Below, piece by piece: positions 56,259 through 64,000 of a stretch of 64,000 bases of DNA. Position 1 is the stretch's first letter; each line of letters opens with the position of its first letter. The position numbers and the translations under genes are program-made. Source of the DNA: an uncultured Acetobacteraceae bacterium (GTDB lineage: Bacteria > Pseudomonadota > Alphaproteobacteria > Acetobacterales > Acetobacteraceae); contig CAXSGE010000011.1 of assembly GCA_964236715.1 (NCBI GenBank), positions 14,007 to 78,006 of the forward strand, in the 5' to 3' direction. The notes under the pieces are model-generated. The model was not told where the DNA came from, did not search any database, and was given only the letters and a program-made list of their open reading frames with translations.

Positions 56259-56274
56259 TGCAGGAATTATGCCA
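56259..56274 (-). promoter_or_regulatory. candidate sigma54 promoter
   Basis: Minus strand TGGCATAATTCCTGCA = TGGCAY-N5-YTGCA, 30 nt upstream of the acetamidase ATG. Confidence 0.6.
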
Positions 56275-56316
56275 TGCGCCGTTCAGGTGATGCGCGCCGT
56301 GCTTCCGCGTTGGGCA

Positions 56317-56331
56317 GGTCCTGCTTTGTTC
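56317..56331 (+). promoter_or_regulatory. candidate alphaproteobacterial LexA box
   Basis: GGTC-ctgcttt-GTTC, one mismatch to GTTC-N7-GTTC, 35 nt upstream of dinB. Confidence 0.55.
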
Positions 56332-56366
56332 TCAAACGCGGCGCTTAGTGCTATCATTCCTGCCGT

Positions 56367-57473
56367 ATGCCGTCCGACCCCGACCAGGCTGACCAAGTCC
56401 CTGTGCAACGCCGCATCATCCACGTCGACATGGACGCGTTCTATGCCTCCGTGGAGCAGCGCGACGACCCGAGCCTGCGCGGCGTGCCGCTTGCGGTCGG
56501 CGGCTCCCGCGAGCGCGGCGTGGTCGCAGCCGCAAGCTACGAGGCGCGCCGGTTCGGGGTGTACTCGGCCATGCCCTCCGTCATCGCCCGGCGGCGCTGC
56601 CCGGCCTTGGTGTTCGTCCGCCCGCGATTCGACGTCTACAAGGCGGTGTCGCAGCAGGTCCACGCCATCTTCGCCCGCTATACCCCGGCCATCCAGCCGC
56701 TCTCGCTGGATGAGGCCTATCTCGACGTGACCGCGCCCCTGCTGGACCGTGGCTCGGCGACCGCCATCGCCGCCGAGATCCGGGCGGCGATCCGGCGCGA
56801 AACCGGCCTGACCGCCTCCGCCGGGGTGTCCTACAACAAGTTCCTGGCCAAGCTCGCGTCCGACCACCGCAAGCCGGACGGCTTGTTCGTCATCACCCCG
56901 CGCATGGGGCCGGGCTTCGTGGAGACGCTGCCGGTCGGCAAATTTCACGGCATCGGACCCGTCACCGCGGCCCGGATGCAGGCGCTCGGCATCCACACCG
57001 GGCTTGACCTGCGCCAGCAGTCGCGCGCGTTCCTGGCCGAGCACTTCGGCAAGTCGGGCGACTACCTTTACGGGGTCGCCCGGGGCGTGGACGACCGGCC
57101 GGTGCAGGCCGACCGGGTGCGCAAGTCGGTCGGCGCCGAGACCACCTTCGAGCGCGACCTCCTGCATTGGGACGAGGTGACGCCGGCGTTGGCGCCGGTG
57201 TTCGCCAAGGTTTGGGACGCGTGCAGCCGGGGCGGGCACGCCGGGCGTACGGTGACGGTCAAGCTGAAGCACGCCGACTTCCAACTGGTCACCCGCGGCC
57301 GGTCCTGCACCGAGCCTGTCGCGACGCAGGCGGCGCTCGAGCGGATCAGCCTCGAATTGCTGCGGCCGTTGTTCCCGCCGCCGCGCGGGGTGCGCCTGCT
57401 CGGGGTCACCCTATCTAACCTGCAGGCCGACGTACACTCTATTCCTGCACAGCTTGCACTCGGCCTAGGGTAG
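56367..57473 (+). CDS. dinB: DNA polymerase IV
   Basis: IIHVDMDAFYASVEQRD, SYEAR, SLDEAYLD, KFLAKLASD..KPDG, RKSVGAETTF. Confidence 0.97.
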   Translation: MPSDPDQADQVPVQRRIIHVDMDAFYASVEQRDDPSLRGVPLAVGGSRERGVVAAASYEARRFGVYSAMPSVIARRRCPALVFVRPRFDVYKAVSQQVHAIFARYTPAIQPLSLDEAYLDVTAPLLDRGSATAIAAEIRAAIRRETGLTASAGVSYNKFLAKLASDHRKPDGLFVITPRMGPGFVETLPVGKFHGIGPVTAARMQALGIHTGLDLRQQSRAFLAEHFGKSGDYLYGVARGVDDRPVQADRVRKSVGAETTFERDLLHWDEVTPALAPVFAKVWDACSRGGHAGRTVTVKLKHADFQLVTRGRSCTEPVATQAALERISLELLRPLFPPPRGVRLLGVTLSNLQADVHSIPAQLALGLG

Positions 57474-57503
57474 CGGCGAGGCGCAACGCTGCCATGTTCT
57501 CGT

Positions 57504-57890
57504 TCATGGCTTGCGGGTTTCAATCTGTCGTGCGCGATCCTGTTCACGCAACTCCGCCGGGGTAAGCCCTTTCGGCATTTTCGGGATTGGAACGCCGCAA
57601 GCCTTCATCCGGAGGTCAATATCAGTGCAGGATGCCTCTGAATAATCCTGCAGCGCTTTCGCGCCGGGGCTGAAACGCGCGATGCACCTGGATTTTGTCC
57701 CATATAGGCTCTCACGCAGCCCGGGACAGTTCGGCCCGCTCTTTTCGACGATCGCCTGGTAAGACGCGCGTCCGTCGGGGCCTTCGGCGTAACCCTGGCC
57801 AGGAAGCGCCTGCGCCGATGCCGTCAACGACAACTGGAGAACAGCGGCCAACGCAACTGCTAGAGGCAAAGAGGAAGCCTGGTTATGCAT
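57504..57890 (-). CDS. secreted hypothetical protein (4 Cys)
   Basis: Signal peptide ending AQA; somewhat lower GC with an AT-rich upstream region. Confidence 0.55.
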   Translation of the reverse strand: MHNQASSLPLAVALAAVLQLSLTASAQALPGQGYAEGPDGRASYQAIVEKSGPNCPGLRESLYGTKSRCIARFSPGAKALQDYSEASCTDIDLRMKACGVPIPKMPKGLTPAELREQDRARQIETRKP

Positions 57891-58068
57891 AATGCAATAT
57901 CTTTCGAACTGGCATTGAGATGCTCCGCAATCCGGCAGCGCCGTCCTGAGCCATATTATTTCGATATTGTATCAGGATAGGCTTTCACAACGCAAGGCGG
58001 CGCGCCCGTGCTGTGTCCGAGCGTTATGCTGCCACAAGCCTCCACATCGAATCGAAAGACCCACAGCC

Positions 58069-58311
58069 ATGCCGGCCACAGCGCAAATCATCTACCAGCC
58101 CTACGTGACCGGTGCGCGCGGGGCGCTGAAGCCCGGCATCCCCATCGTCTGCCGCACGGCCGAAGAAGGAGTGCGGCGGGCGGAAAAGGCGCTGGCCGGA
58201 GGCTCGATCGTTGGCGCGCGGGTCGTACGGGTGCTCCATGACGGCGACGCGGACGAGTTCGGCCCGCCAGAATATCTCGGTGAGTTCGGGCAAGTGCCGG
58301 AGGAGGCGTGA
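58069..58311 (+). CDS. conserved hypothetical protein
   Basis: IYQPY...RRAEK...DEFGPPEYLGEFGQVP; GC-rich third codon positions. Confidence 0.7.
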   Translation: MPATAQIIYQPYVTGARGALKPGIPIVCRTAEEGVRRAEKALAGGSIVGARVVRVLHDGDADEFGPPEYLGEFGQVPEEA

Positions 58312-58354
58312 GCGCGATGGATAACGCTCCTCACGCCATTCATGGCGCGTTAGG

Positions 58355-58660
58355 CTGCTGGCCGCCTCCGCCGTGATGGCCGAGACCACCCTGCCCTGCA
58401 TCAACCTGATCATCCCGGGGTTCGTCGCCAGCCTGTCGACCGGCGGCTTGTTCATGGCCGGGCTGGCGCCGGCGGCGCTGATCATCGTCGGGCCGCCGCT
58501 GGGCCTTGGGCTGTATGGCGCGTGCCTGATCGGCGGGGCGCCGATCGAGGTGACGGCCAAGCCGATGCTGGCCTACCTTTCGTTGCTGCTCGCCTGCCTG
58601 CTGGTGATCGCCTTCGTGCCGGGCCTCGCCATGTGGCTGCCGCATGCAATGGGGTATTAG
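58355..58660 (+). pseudogene. TRAP transporter large permease (DctM) remnant
   Basis: LLAASAVMAET.PCINLII...GGLFMAGL joined directly to PPLGLGLY...FVPGLAMWLP; about 100 of about 430 aa. Confidence 0.75.
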
Positions 58661-59529
58661 CGATAGGCGCTGCCATCCTCTGCGCGTTGCGGGGCATCGA
58701 CGTAGCGTCCATGCTCCGGCACGGCGAGCCGGTCGAAGTCCTGCGCCAGCGTGTGCAGCGCCGCCCGCATCGCGGCGCCCCGCATGGCCCGTCCGTGGCC
58801 GGTGATCACCAGTTCCGGCTCCAGTTGCGCCAGGCGCATGACGGACTCGCGGGCAGCCTGCCAGTCATGGGTGAAATACTTGGGCGGGCCGTGCAGCTCC
58901 GGCTCCTGGGTGACGGCGGCATAGGCCGACTCCTGCGCCGTCGTGACGAAGGCGTCGGCGGCGATCAGGCTGCGGCCGGCGTCGCGCCACAACGCGACCT
59001 GGCCGACCGAATGGCCCGGCACATGGACCCAGCGCCAGGCCGGCATCCCCGGCACGCTGCCGTCGGCGGGCAGGGGTTGCAGCCGTTCCTTCACGTCGAC
59101 GGGGCTGCGGGGGAACAATGGCGACAGCAGCGCCGTGAGGCCGCCGCCCACCGTCGGATCGGGCGGCGGATACGACGCGCTGCCATCGAGATACGGCATC
59201 TCCAAGGGATGCGCATAAACCGGCACGTCCCAGCCGCGGGCCAGGTCTTCCAGCGTGCCGACGTGGTCGAAGTGCCCATGGGTCAGCACGATCGCGGCGG
59301 GGGGCACACCGGCGCCGAAGCGCTCGGCCGCCGCGCGCCTGATCCGCCCGGCCATGCCGATGACGCCGGTGTCGACGAGCACCCAGCCGGGCGCGCCGGG
59401 CTTTCCGTAGAGAACGGCGTTGACGATGGCGAGGCGTAGGTAGGCGAGGTCAGGCGCAACCTCGATCGTGCCGTCGTCCTGAGCCTCGCCGGTGGTGTCG
59501 GACTGGCTCATTGGTATCTGCTGGGCCAT
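58657..59529 (-). CDS. MBL-fold metallo-hydrolase
   Basis: LVDTG, THGHFDHVG, PGHSVG, ITGHG. Confidence 0.93.
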   Translation of the reverse strand: MAQQIPMSQSDTTGEAQDDGTIEVAPDLAYLRLAIVNAVLYGKPGAPGWVLVDTGVIGMAGRIRRAAAERFGAGVPPAAIVLTHGHFDHVGTLEDLARGWDVPVYAHPLEMPYLDGSASYPPPDPTVGGGLTALLSPLFPRSPVDVKERLQPLPADGSVPGMPAWRWVHVPGHSVGQVALWRDAGRSLIAADAFVTTAQESAYAAVTQEPELHGPPKYFTHDWQAARESVMRLAQLEPELVITGHGRAMRGAAMRAALHTLAQDFDRLAVPEHGRYVDAPQRAEDGSAYR

Positions 59530-59644
59530 GGCTTTCCCTTTCTATTTGCTGTCGTCAACGCATTGGCGGTCGAAATGCCATGACCGAGTTCGCAAACAAC
59601 GTCGTGACACGGCACGCCTTTTCTCTGGGATGCATGAGGATCGA

Positions 59645-59713
59645 CTAAGCAGGGTTGCGTGGCCTGGGACACAGATGAGTCTTTGAAGGTCCAAGCCACG
59701 CAACCCTGCTTAG
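59645..59713. repeat. 69-bp palindrome / MITE-like element
   Basis: Perfect 19-bp inverted repeat ctaagcagggttgcgtggc...gccacgcaaccctgcttag, extending imperfectly to about 25 bp. Confidence 0.75.
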
Positions 59714-59917
59714 GTTGTTGTCTGTGCGCAGACTGATAGGCGTCTGCTTAGCCGGGTTCCAAGACTCTGGCAGCGGCCTCATGCGTTTGTCCTGATGTGA
59801 CCCCAAGGGGCTGTGGCCGTTGGTGGGCGTCGGATGGAACTATGCCGTTGACGGGCGTTTGTTGCCCAAAAGGGCACGCCGGATGTCCCGGAACTCTCAA
59901 ACAACTTCGGGTGCGAG

Positions 59918-60847
59918 ATGGATGCTGTGGCGGGCGGGTACGACGGCGGGCCAGGCGACATCGCCAACAAAGCCCTGTTCCCCGGCTTCAAGCAAAGTTT
60001 CATCGAGGCGCCTGGGGCTACCATCAACACGCTTGTGGGCGGCGACGGCCCGCCGTTGCTGCTGCTGCATGGCCACCCGGAAACGCATGTCACCTGGCAC
60101 AAGGTCGCGCCGAAGCTGGCTCAGCGCTTCACCCTCGTGCTGACGGACCTGCGCGGCTATGGGGACTCCAGCAAGCCGGATGGCGGCCCCGGCCACGCCA
60201 ACTATTCCAAGCGCGCGATGGGCAACGATCAAGTGGAGGTCATGCAGTCGTTGGGCTTCGACACGTTCCAGGCCGTGGCGCACGACCGGGGCGCCCGGGT
60301 CCTGCACCGCATGATGCTGGACCATCCCGACGCGATCACCCGCGGGGTGACGCTGGACATCGCGCCGACTGATAAGATGTATGAGGAAACCGGGCAGGCC
60401 TTCGCCACGAAGTATTTCTGGTGGTTTTTCCACATCCAGCCGGGGCCGTTGCCGGAAACGATGATCAATGCCTCGACCGAGGCATACCTGAAGGCCCATC
60501 TGGACGCGCAGTGTGGAACGGCCGGGGCGATTACGCCCGGTTGCTATGCGGAGTATTTACGCGGCTACCGCGATCCCGCATGCGTCCACGCGGTTTGCGA
60601 GGACTATCGCGCGTCGGTGACGGTCGACATGGACCACCTTCGTGCCGATGCCGGACGGAAGGTTCCGCAGCCTTTGCTTGCCTTGTGGGGCGCCAAGGGA
60701 ACGGTGGGGAAACTGTTCGACGTCCTCGGGCTGTGGCGGACCGCCGCGGAGAACGTGCAAGGCCATGCCCTGCCATGCGGGCACCTGGTGCAGGAAGAAG
60801 CGCCCGATGCGTTGCTTGACGCGGTGCATCCATTCTTGGCGGCTTGA
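59918..60847 (+). CDS. haloacetate dehalogenase-like alpha/beta hydrolase
   Basis: LLHGHP, DLRGYGDS, YSKRAM, HDRGARV, LDIAPT, CEDYRA, CGH. Confidence 0.9.
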   Translation: MDAVAGGYDGGPGDIANKALFPGFKQSFIEAPGATINTLVGGDGPPLLLLHGHPETHVTWHKVAPKLAQRFTLVLTDLRGYGDSSKPDGGPGHANYSKRAMGNDQVEVMQSLGFDTFQAVAHDRGARVLHRMMLDHPDAITRGVTLDIAPTDKMYEETGQAFATKYFWWFFHIQPGPLPETMINASTEAYLKAHLDAQCGTAGAITPGCYAEYLRGYRDPACVHAVCEDYRASVTVDMDHLRADAGRKVPQPLLALWGAKGTVGKLFDVLGLWRTAAENVQGHALPCGHLVQEEAPDALLDAVHPFLAA

Positions 60848-60957
60848 CGTGACCGCGAGGCTGCAGCGCGGCGTCCTGGCTATGGCCGAAACAGCGCCGG
60901 TCCATTGCCGGATGCAGCCCTGACTCGAACTGTCCCAGCAGCCCGTTGCGACCTGTA

Positions 60958-61767
60958 ATGGACCAAGGGCCAACCGGTTCCGCCAAACAAGCGGTTCAAC
61001 GGCGCGCGCAGCGATGGGCCGCGCTTCATTCCAGCACGCGCCTGCTGATTGCCGCCGCTGCAAGCTGCGCCCTGACCATCGCCGGTGGGATGTTGGATGC
61101 TTGGGTTTACATGGCCCATGGGAACGTGTTCGCCACGGCGCAAACCGGAAACGTCGTTTTGTTCGGCATCGCTCTGGCGAACGGCGATGGGGCCGGCGCA
61201 TTGCGGCAGGTGCCCTCGATTGCCGCGTTCGTGGTCGGCCTGCTGTTTTCTCGCGTGTCGGGAACCCTGCTGAAACGGAGGGGCCTGAACTCCCGGACGA
61301 TCCGGTTGACGGCGGAGTGCGGTTTGTTGGTTGTCCTTGCAGCCTGGGCGGATCGCCTATCCAACAATATCGTTACAGCTTCTGTCGGATTCTTGGCTGC
61401 CTTGCAGATCACGGCCCTGTCCCATATCGGCGGCTGGTCATTCAACACCGGCATGACGACGGGCAACTTGCGAAGCGCAGTGTCCGCCTTGTCCAAGGCT
61501 TTGTTCGATCCGCACTCGTCAGAAGACTGGCTCCACACCGCCGTCCTCGGGCTGCTCTGCGCTTCCTTTGCGGTAGGCGCAGTCACCGGCGGTTATCTCA
61601 CGCCACGGTGGCACGGCTGGACACTGCTTGCGGTCGCCGGAAATGTCCTTGCGGCTGCCCTTGTCAGCATGTTTGCACCCGATCCCCTTTCCATTGACCC
61701 GCCTGAGGAGGATCATGCCCCTGGACGCGACGCAGGGGACGGTCAGCGCATTGAACCGTCCGTATGA
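60958..61767 (+). CDS. YoaK (DUF1275) family membrane protein
   Basis: GGMLDA, FATAQTGNVV, NTGMTTGNL; start uncertain. Confidence 0.88.
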   Translation: MDQGPTGSAKQAVQRRAQRWAALHSSTRLLIAAAASCALTIAGGMLDAWVYMAHGNVFATAQTGNVVLFGIALANGDGAGALRQVPSIAAFVVGLLFSRVSGTLLKRRGLNSRTIRLTAECGLLVVLAAWADRLSNNIVTASVGFLAALQITALSHIGGWSFNTGMTTGNLRSAVSALSKALFDPHSSEDWLHTAVLGLLCASFAVGAVTGGYLTPRWHGWTLLAVAGNVLAAALVSMFAPDPLSIDPPEEDHAPGRDAGDGQRIEPSV

Positions 61768-62666
61768 GGACGCCGCCGCCGGCTCAGCTCCGTCGCCAAC
61801 TCCAACAATCCATCCCGTAAGCTGACCCGAGGCCAATAGGCGAGGTCCCGCTGGGCTGCGTCGATCACGAGCGGGCCGAGATGGCCTTCGTTCCAAGCCG
61901 GAGGACCCGGCACGGTGGCCAAGCCGGGCACCATGTCCTGCAGCATCGCTGCGAGCGCAGCCTCGGTCACATACGTGCCGCCGGTGACGTTGTAGAGGAG
62001 TTGCGGCGGATCAGCCGCAGCCAGCGCCAGCAAGACTGCTTCCGCCGCATCATCCACGTGCAGGTATTGGCGAAAGCTGGTGCCTTCGGCCGCGACCGCG
62101 ACGGGCCGGCCAGCCAGCCCGGCCTCGATCACCTGCCGCAGCCCATACTCGGTTCGCCGCCGCAGGCCGAACACTGAGGAAAGGCGCAGCGCCACCGCCG
62201 GCAGGCCGTAACGCGCGGCATAGGCGCGGAGCAGGACCTCCCCGGCCGCCTTCGTATGGCCGTAAAAGCTTTGCGGGTTGACCGCCGTGGTCTCCGGAAT
62301 GGGCTCCAGCGTCGGCTGGTCGCCATAGACCGCGATCGACGACAGCCACACGAGGCGACGCACCCCCACCTGGCGGCAAGCCTCGAACACTCCCATCGCG
62401 CCACCCAGGTTGGCTTGCGCGATGCCGTAAGGGTTGTCCAGCATGAGCATCGGACCCGAAACCGCGCCGGAATGCACCACGTTGGGGCGGCCCTCGACCA
62501 GTCGCCGCATGAGCGGCAGGTCCGCCGCGTCGCCGGCGACGGAAGGGAACGGCCCGGCGGTGGCCAGCAGGTCCACCCCCAGCACATCCGCCCCGGCCTC
62601 GTGCAGGCGCTCGGCAACGCGGTAGCCGACGAGTCCGCTGCTGCCCGTCACCAGAACCCGGTCCAT
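61743..62666 (-). CDS. NAD-dependent epimerase/dehydratase
   Basis: VLVTGSSGLVG, SSIAVYG, YGHTK. Confidence 0.92.
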   Translation of the reverse strand: MDRVLVTGSSGLVGYRVAERLHEAGADVLGVDLLATAGPFPSVAGDAADLPLMRRLVEGRPNVVHSGAVSGPMLMLDNPYGIAQANLGGAMGVFEACRQVGVRRLVWLSSIAVYGDQPTLEPIPETTAVNPQSFYGHTKAAGEVLLRAYAARYGLPAVALRLSSVFGLRRRTEYGLRQVIEAGLAGRPVAVAAEGTSFRQYLHVDDAAEAVLLALAAADPPQLLYNVTGGTYVTEAALAAMLQDMVPGLATVPGPPAWNEGHLGPLVIDAAQRDLAYWPRVSLRDGLLELATELSRRRRPHTDGSMR

Positions 62667-62734
62667 TCGGCCTCCCTGCACATAGTTTGAGCATCATCTG
62701 CCGGCGGCAGGCCGAACTGCTCAGTTTCGGCAAG

Positions 62735-62753
62735 GCTTGCTTAGAATGCAAGC
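62735..62753. promoter_or_regulatory. palindromic candidate operator
   Basis: GCTTGC-ttagaat-GCAAGC between the divergent epimerase and Rieske genes. Confidence 0.4.
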
Positions 62754-62793
62754 AGCTTTCATAGTACGGGGGCAACGGTGAACGGAGAGCGAA

Positions 62794-63957
62794 ATGTCGT
62801 CCATCTCCAGTGTCCTCAGCCCTGCGGTGCTTCGCGCCATCAATCAGCCGGTCACCGAAGCCCGGGGCTTGCCGCGTGAAGCCTACACCGACCGTGACTT
62901 CCTTGCGCTCGAGCGGGAACACGTCTTCGACGCAAGTTGGGTATTCGTGGGCGCGGCCGAGAGCATTCCTGATCCCGGCGACACGATGCCGCTCGATCTG
63001 CTCGGCCGCCCCGTCGTCGTCGTGCGGCAACGGGACGGCGGCATCAAGGCGTTCCACAACGTGTGCCGCCATCGCGGAGTGGTGCTTGTCGAGAGCGCGC
63101 AGCAGCGGCGTCCGACCCTGGTCTGCCCGTATCACGCCTGGGCCTATGGCCTGGATGGGACCCTGTTGAAGACCCCGCACTTCAGCGGCGACGGCAACCA
63201 CGGCACCGGGCCGATCGAGCGCGACTGCCTCGACCTCAAGGCCATCCGTTGCGACACGTGGAACGGGCTGATCTTCCTCAACCTGTCCGCCGCCGCGCCG
63301 CCGCTTTCCGAGCACATGGCGCCCATCGAACGCCGCTATCCCGAGCACGACTTCGCCACCATGCGCCTTGGCCGGGTCATGGATTTCGAGCTGGCCGCCA
63401 ATTGGAAGCTGCCGATCGAGAACTTCATCGAGGGGTATCATCTGCCCTGGACGCATCCGTTCCTCAACTCGGTCTCGTCGATGGCGAACCATTACAGCGT
63501 CGTCGAAGAGCCGATCGCCGGGCAGGGCAGCGACCTTTATGAGCGGGACAAGGCCGGGCATGGCGAGCTGCCGATGTTCCCGCGCCTCGGCGAACATTGG
63601 CAGATCCGGGCCGAATATCCCTCGCTGATGCCCAACTTGCTGCTCGGCGTCCATGCCGACCACATCAACGTATGGGGCCTCTATCCGATCGGCCCTGACC
63701 GCGTGCTGGAACGGGTCCATTTCTTCTACGCGGGCGATGCGGCGATGACGGCGGAGATGGCCCGCGCGCGGAAGGTGGTCGAGACCAACCTGCACAGCAT
63801 CAACCTTGAGGACGTCGGCGTGGTGGAGGCGATGCAGCGCGGCCGGTCGTCGCCGGGTTACGTGGACCCGCGCTTCTCGCCCTATCACGAGGCCTGCGTG
63901 CATTCGTTTGAAAAGCGCATCGCCAACGCCGTGGGGGCGGGGATGGGCCTTGCCTGA
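62794..63957 (+). CDS. Rieske non-heme iron oxygenase alpha subunit (choline monooxygenase-like)
   Basis: CRHRG...CPYHAW; NWK..ENFIEGYHLPWTH; ED motif. Confidence 0.93.
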   Translation: MSSISSVLSPAVLRAINQPVTEARGLPREAYTDRDFLALEREHVFDASWVFVGAAESIPDPGDTMPLDLLGRPVVVVRQRDGGIKAFHNVCRHRGVVLVESAQQRRPTLVCPYHAWAYGLDGTLLKTPHFSGDGNHGTGPIERDCLDLKAIRCDTWNGLIFLNLSAAAPPLSEHMAPIERRYPEHDFATMRLGRVMDFELAANWKLPIENFIEGYHLPWTHPFLNSVSSMANHYSVVEEPIAGQGSDLYERDKAGHGELPMFPRLGEHWQIRAEYPSLMPNLLLGVHADHINVWGLYPIGPDRVLERVHFFYAGDAAMTAEMARARKVVETNLHSINLEDVGVVEAMQRGRSSPGYVDPRFSPYHEACVHSFEKRIANAVGAGMGLA

Positions 63958-64000
63958 CCTCCCCTTCGACGACCGCGACTACGTCGGCTACGCGGACGAC
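63950..64000 (+). CDS. start of probable PuuE-like polysaccharide deacetylase (partial)
   Basis: TTG start overlapping the Rieske stop: MPDLPFDDRDYVGYADD, like the RDxxGY start of PuuE-type proteins. Confidence 0.45.
   Translation, partial: MPDLPFDDRDYVGYADD

Noticed and set aside
59836-59859. EcfG-type promoter GGAAC...CGTT upstream of the dehalogenase
   Set aside because: Spacer is 15 nt rather than the usual 16-17
59714-59917. Fluoride riboswitch upstream of the dehalogenase
   Set aside because: Consensus GGCGATGGxGTTCGCC and pseudoknot partner not found

Overview
High-GC (roughly 65-70% by eye) alphaproteobacterial accessory region; protein style and gene content suggest Acetobacteraceae (inference). 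No rRNA, tRNA, CRISPR or intact transposase was recognised. In order: the 3' end of a porin-like gene; an operon with an exported DWPC-motif protein, a PQQ alcohol-type dehydrogenase and a sulfocyanin-like copper protein; a TPP-enzyme/GMC oxidoreductase cluster; regulators (LysR, AraC, GAF histidine kinase); a sugar ABC/phosphotriesterase/PfkB operon; a degenerate sensor cyclase paired with an MscS-cNMP channel; amidase/SDR/SBP genes; two tandem tripartite efflux systems; a Dpp/Opp ABC operon; kup; further transporters and hydrolases; a Tat-type acetamidase; dinB; a haloacetate dehalogenase-like gene with YoaK; and a Rieske oxygenase. Best candidates for new biology: (1) a possibly lanthanide-dependent PQQ dehydrogenase that may use a sulfocyanin-type blue copper protein instead of cytochrome c; (2) a cyclase/channel pair in which both the catalytic site and the cNMP pocket are degenerate; (3) a family of CTAG-bounded modular palindromic elements showing covariation. 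The window also holds several in-frame deletion scars. All family assignments come from motif recognition by eye, with no database searches.
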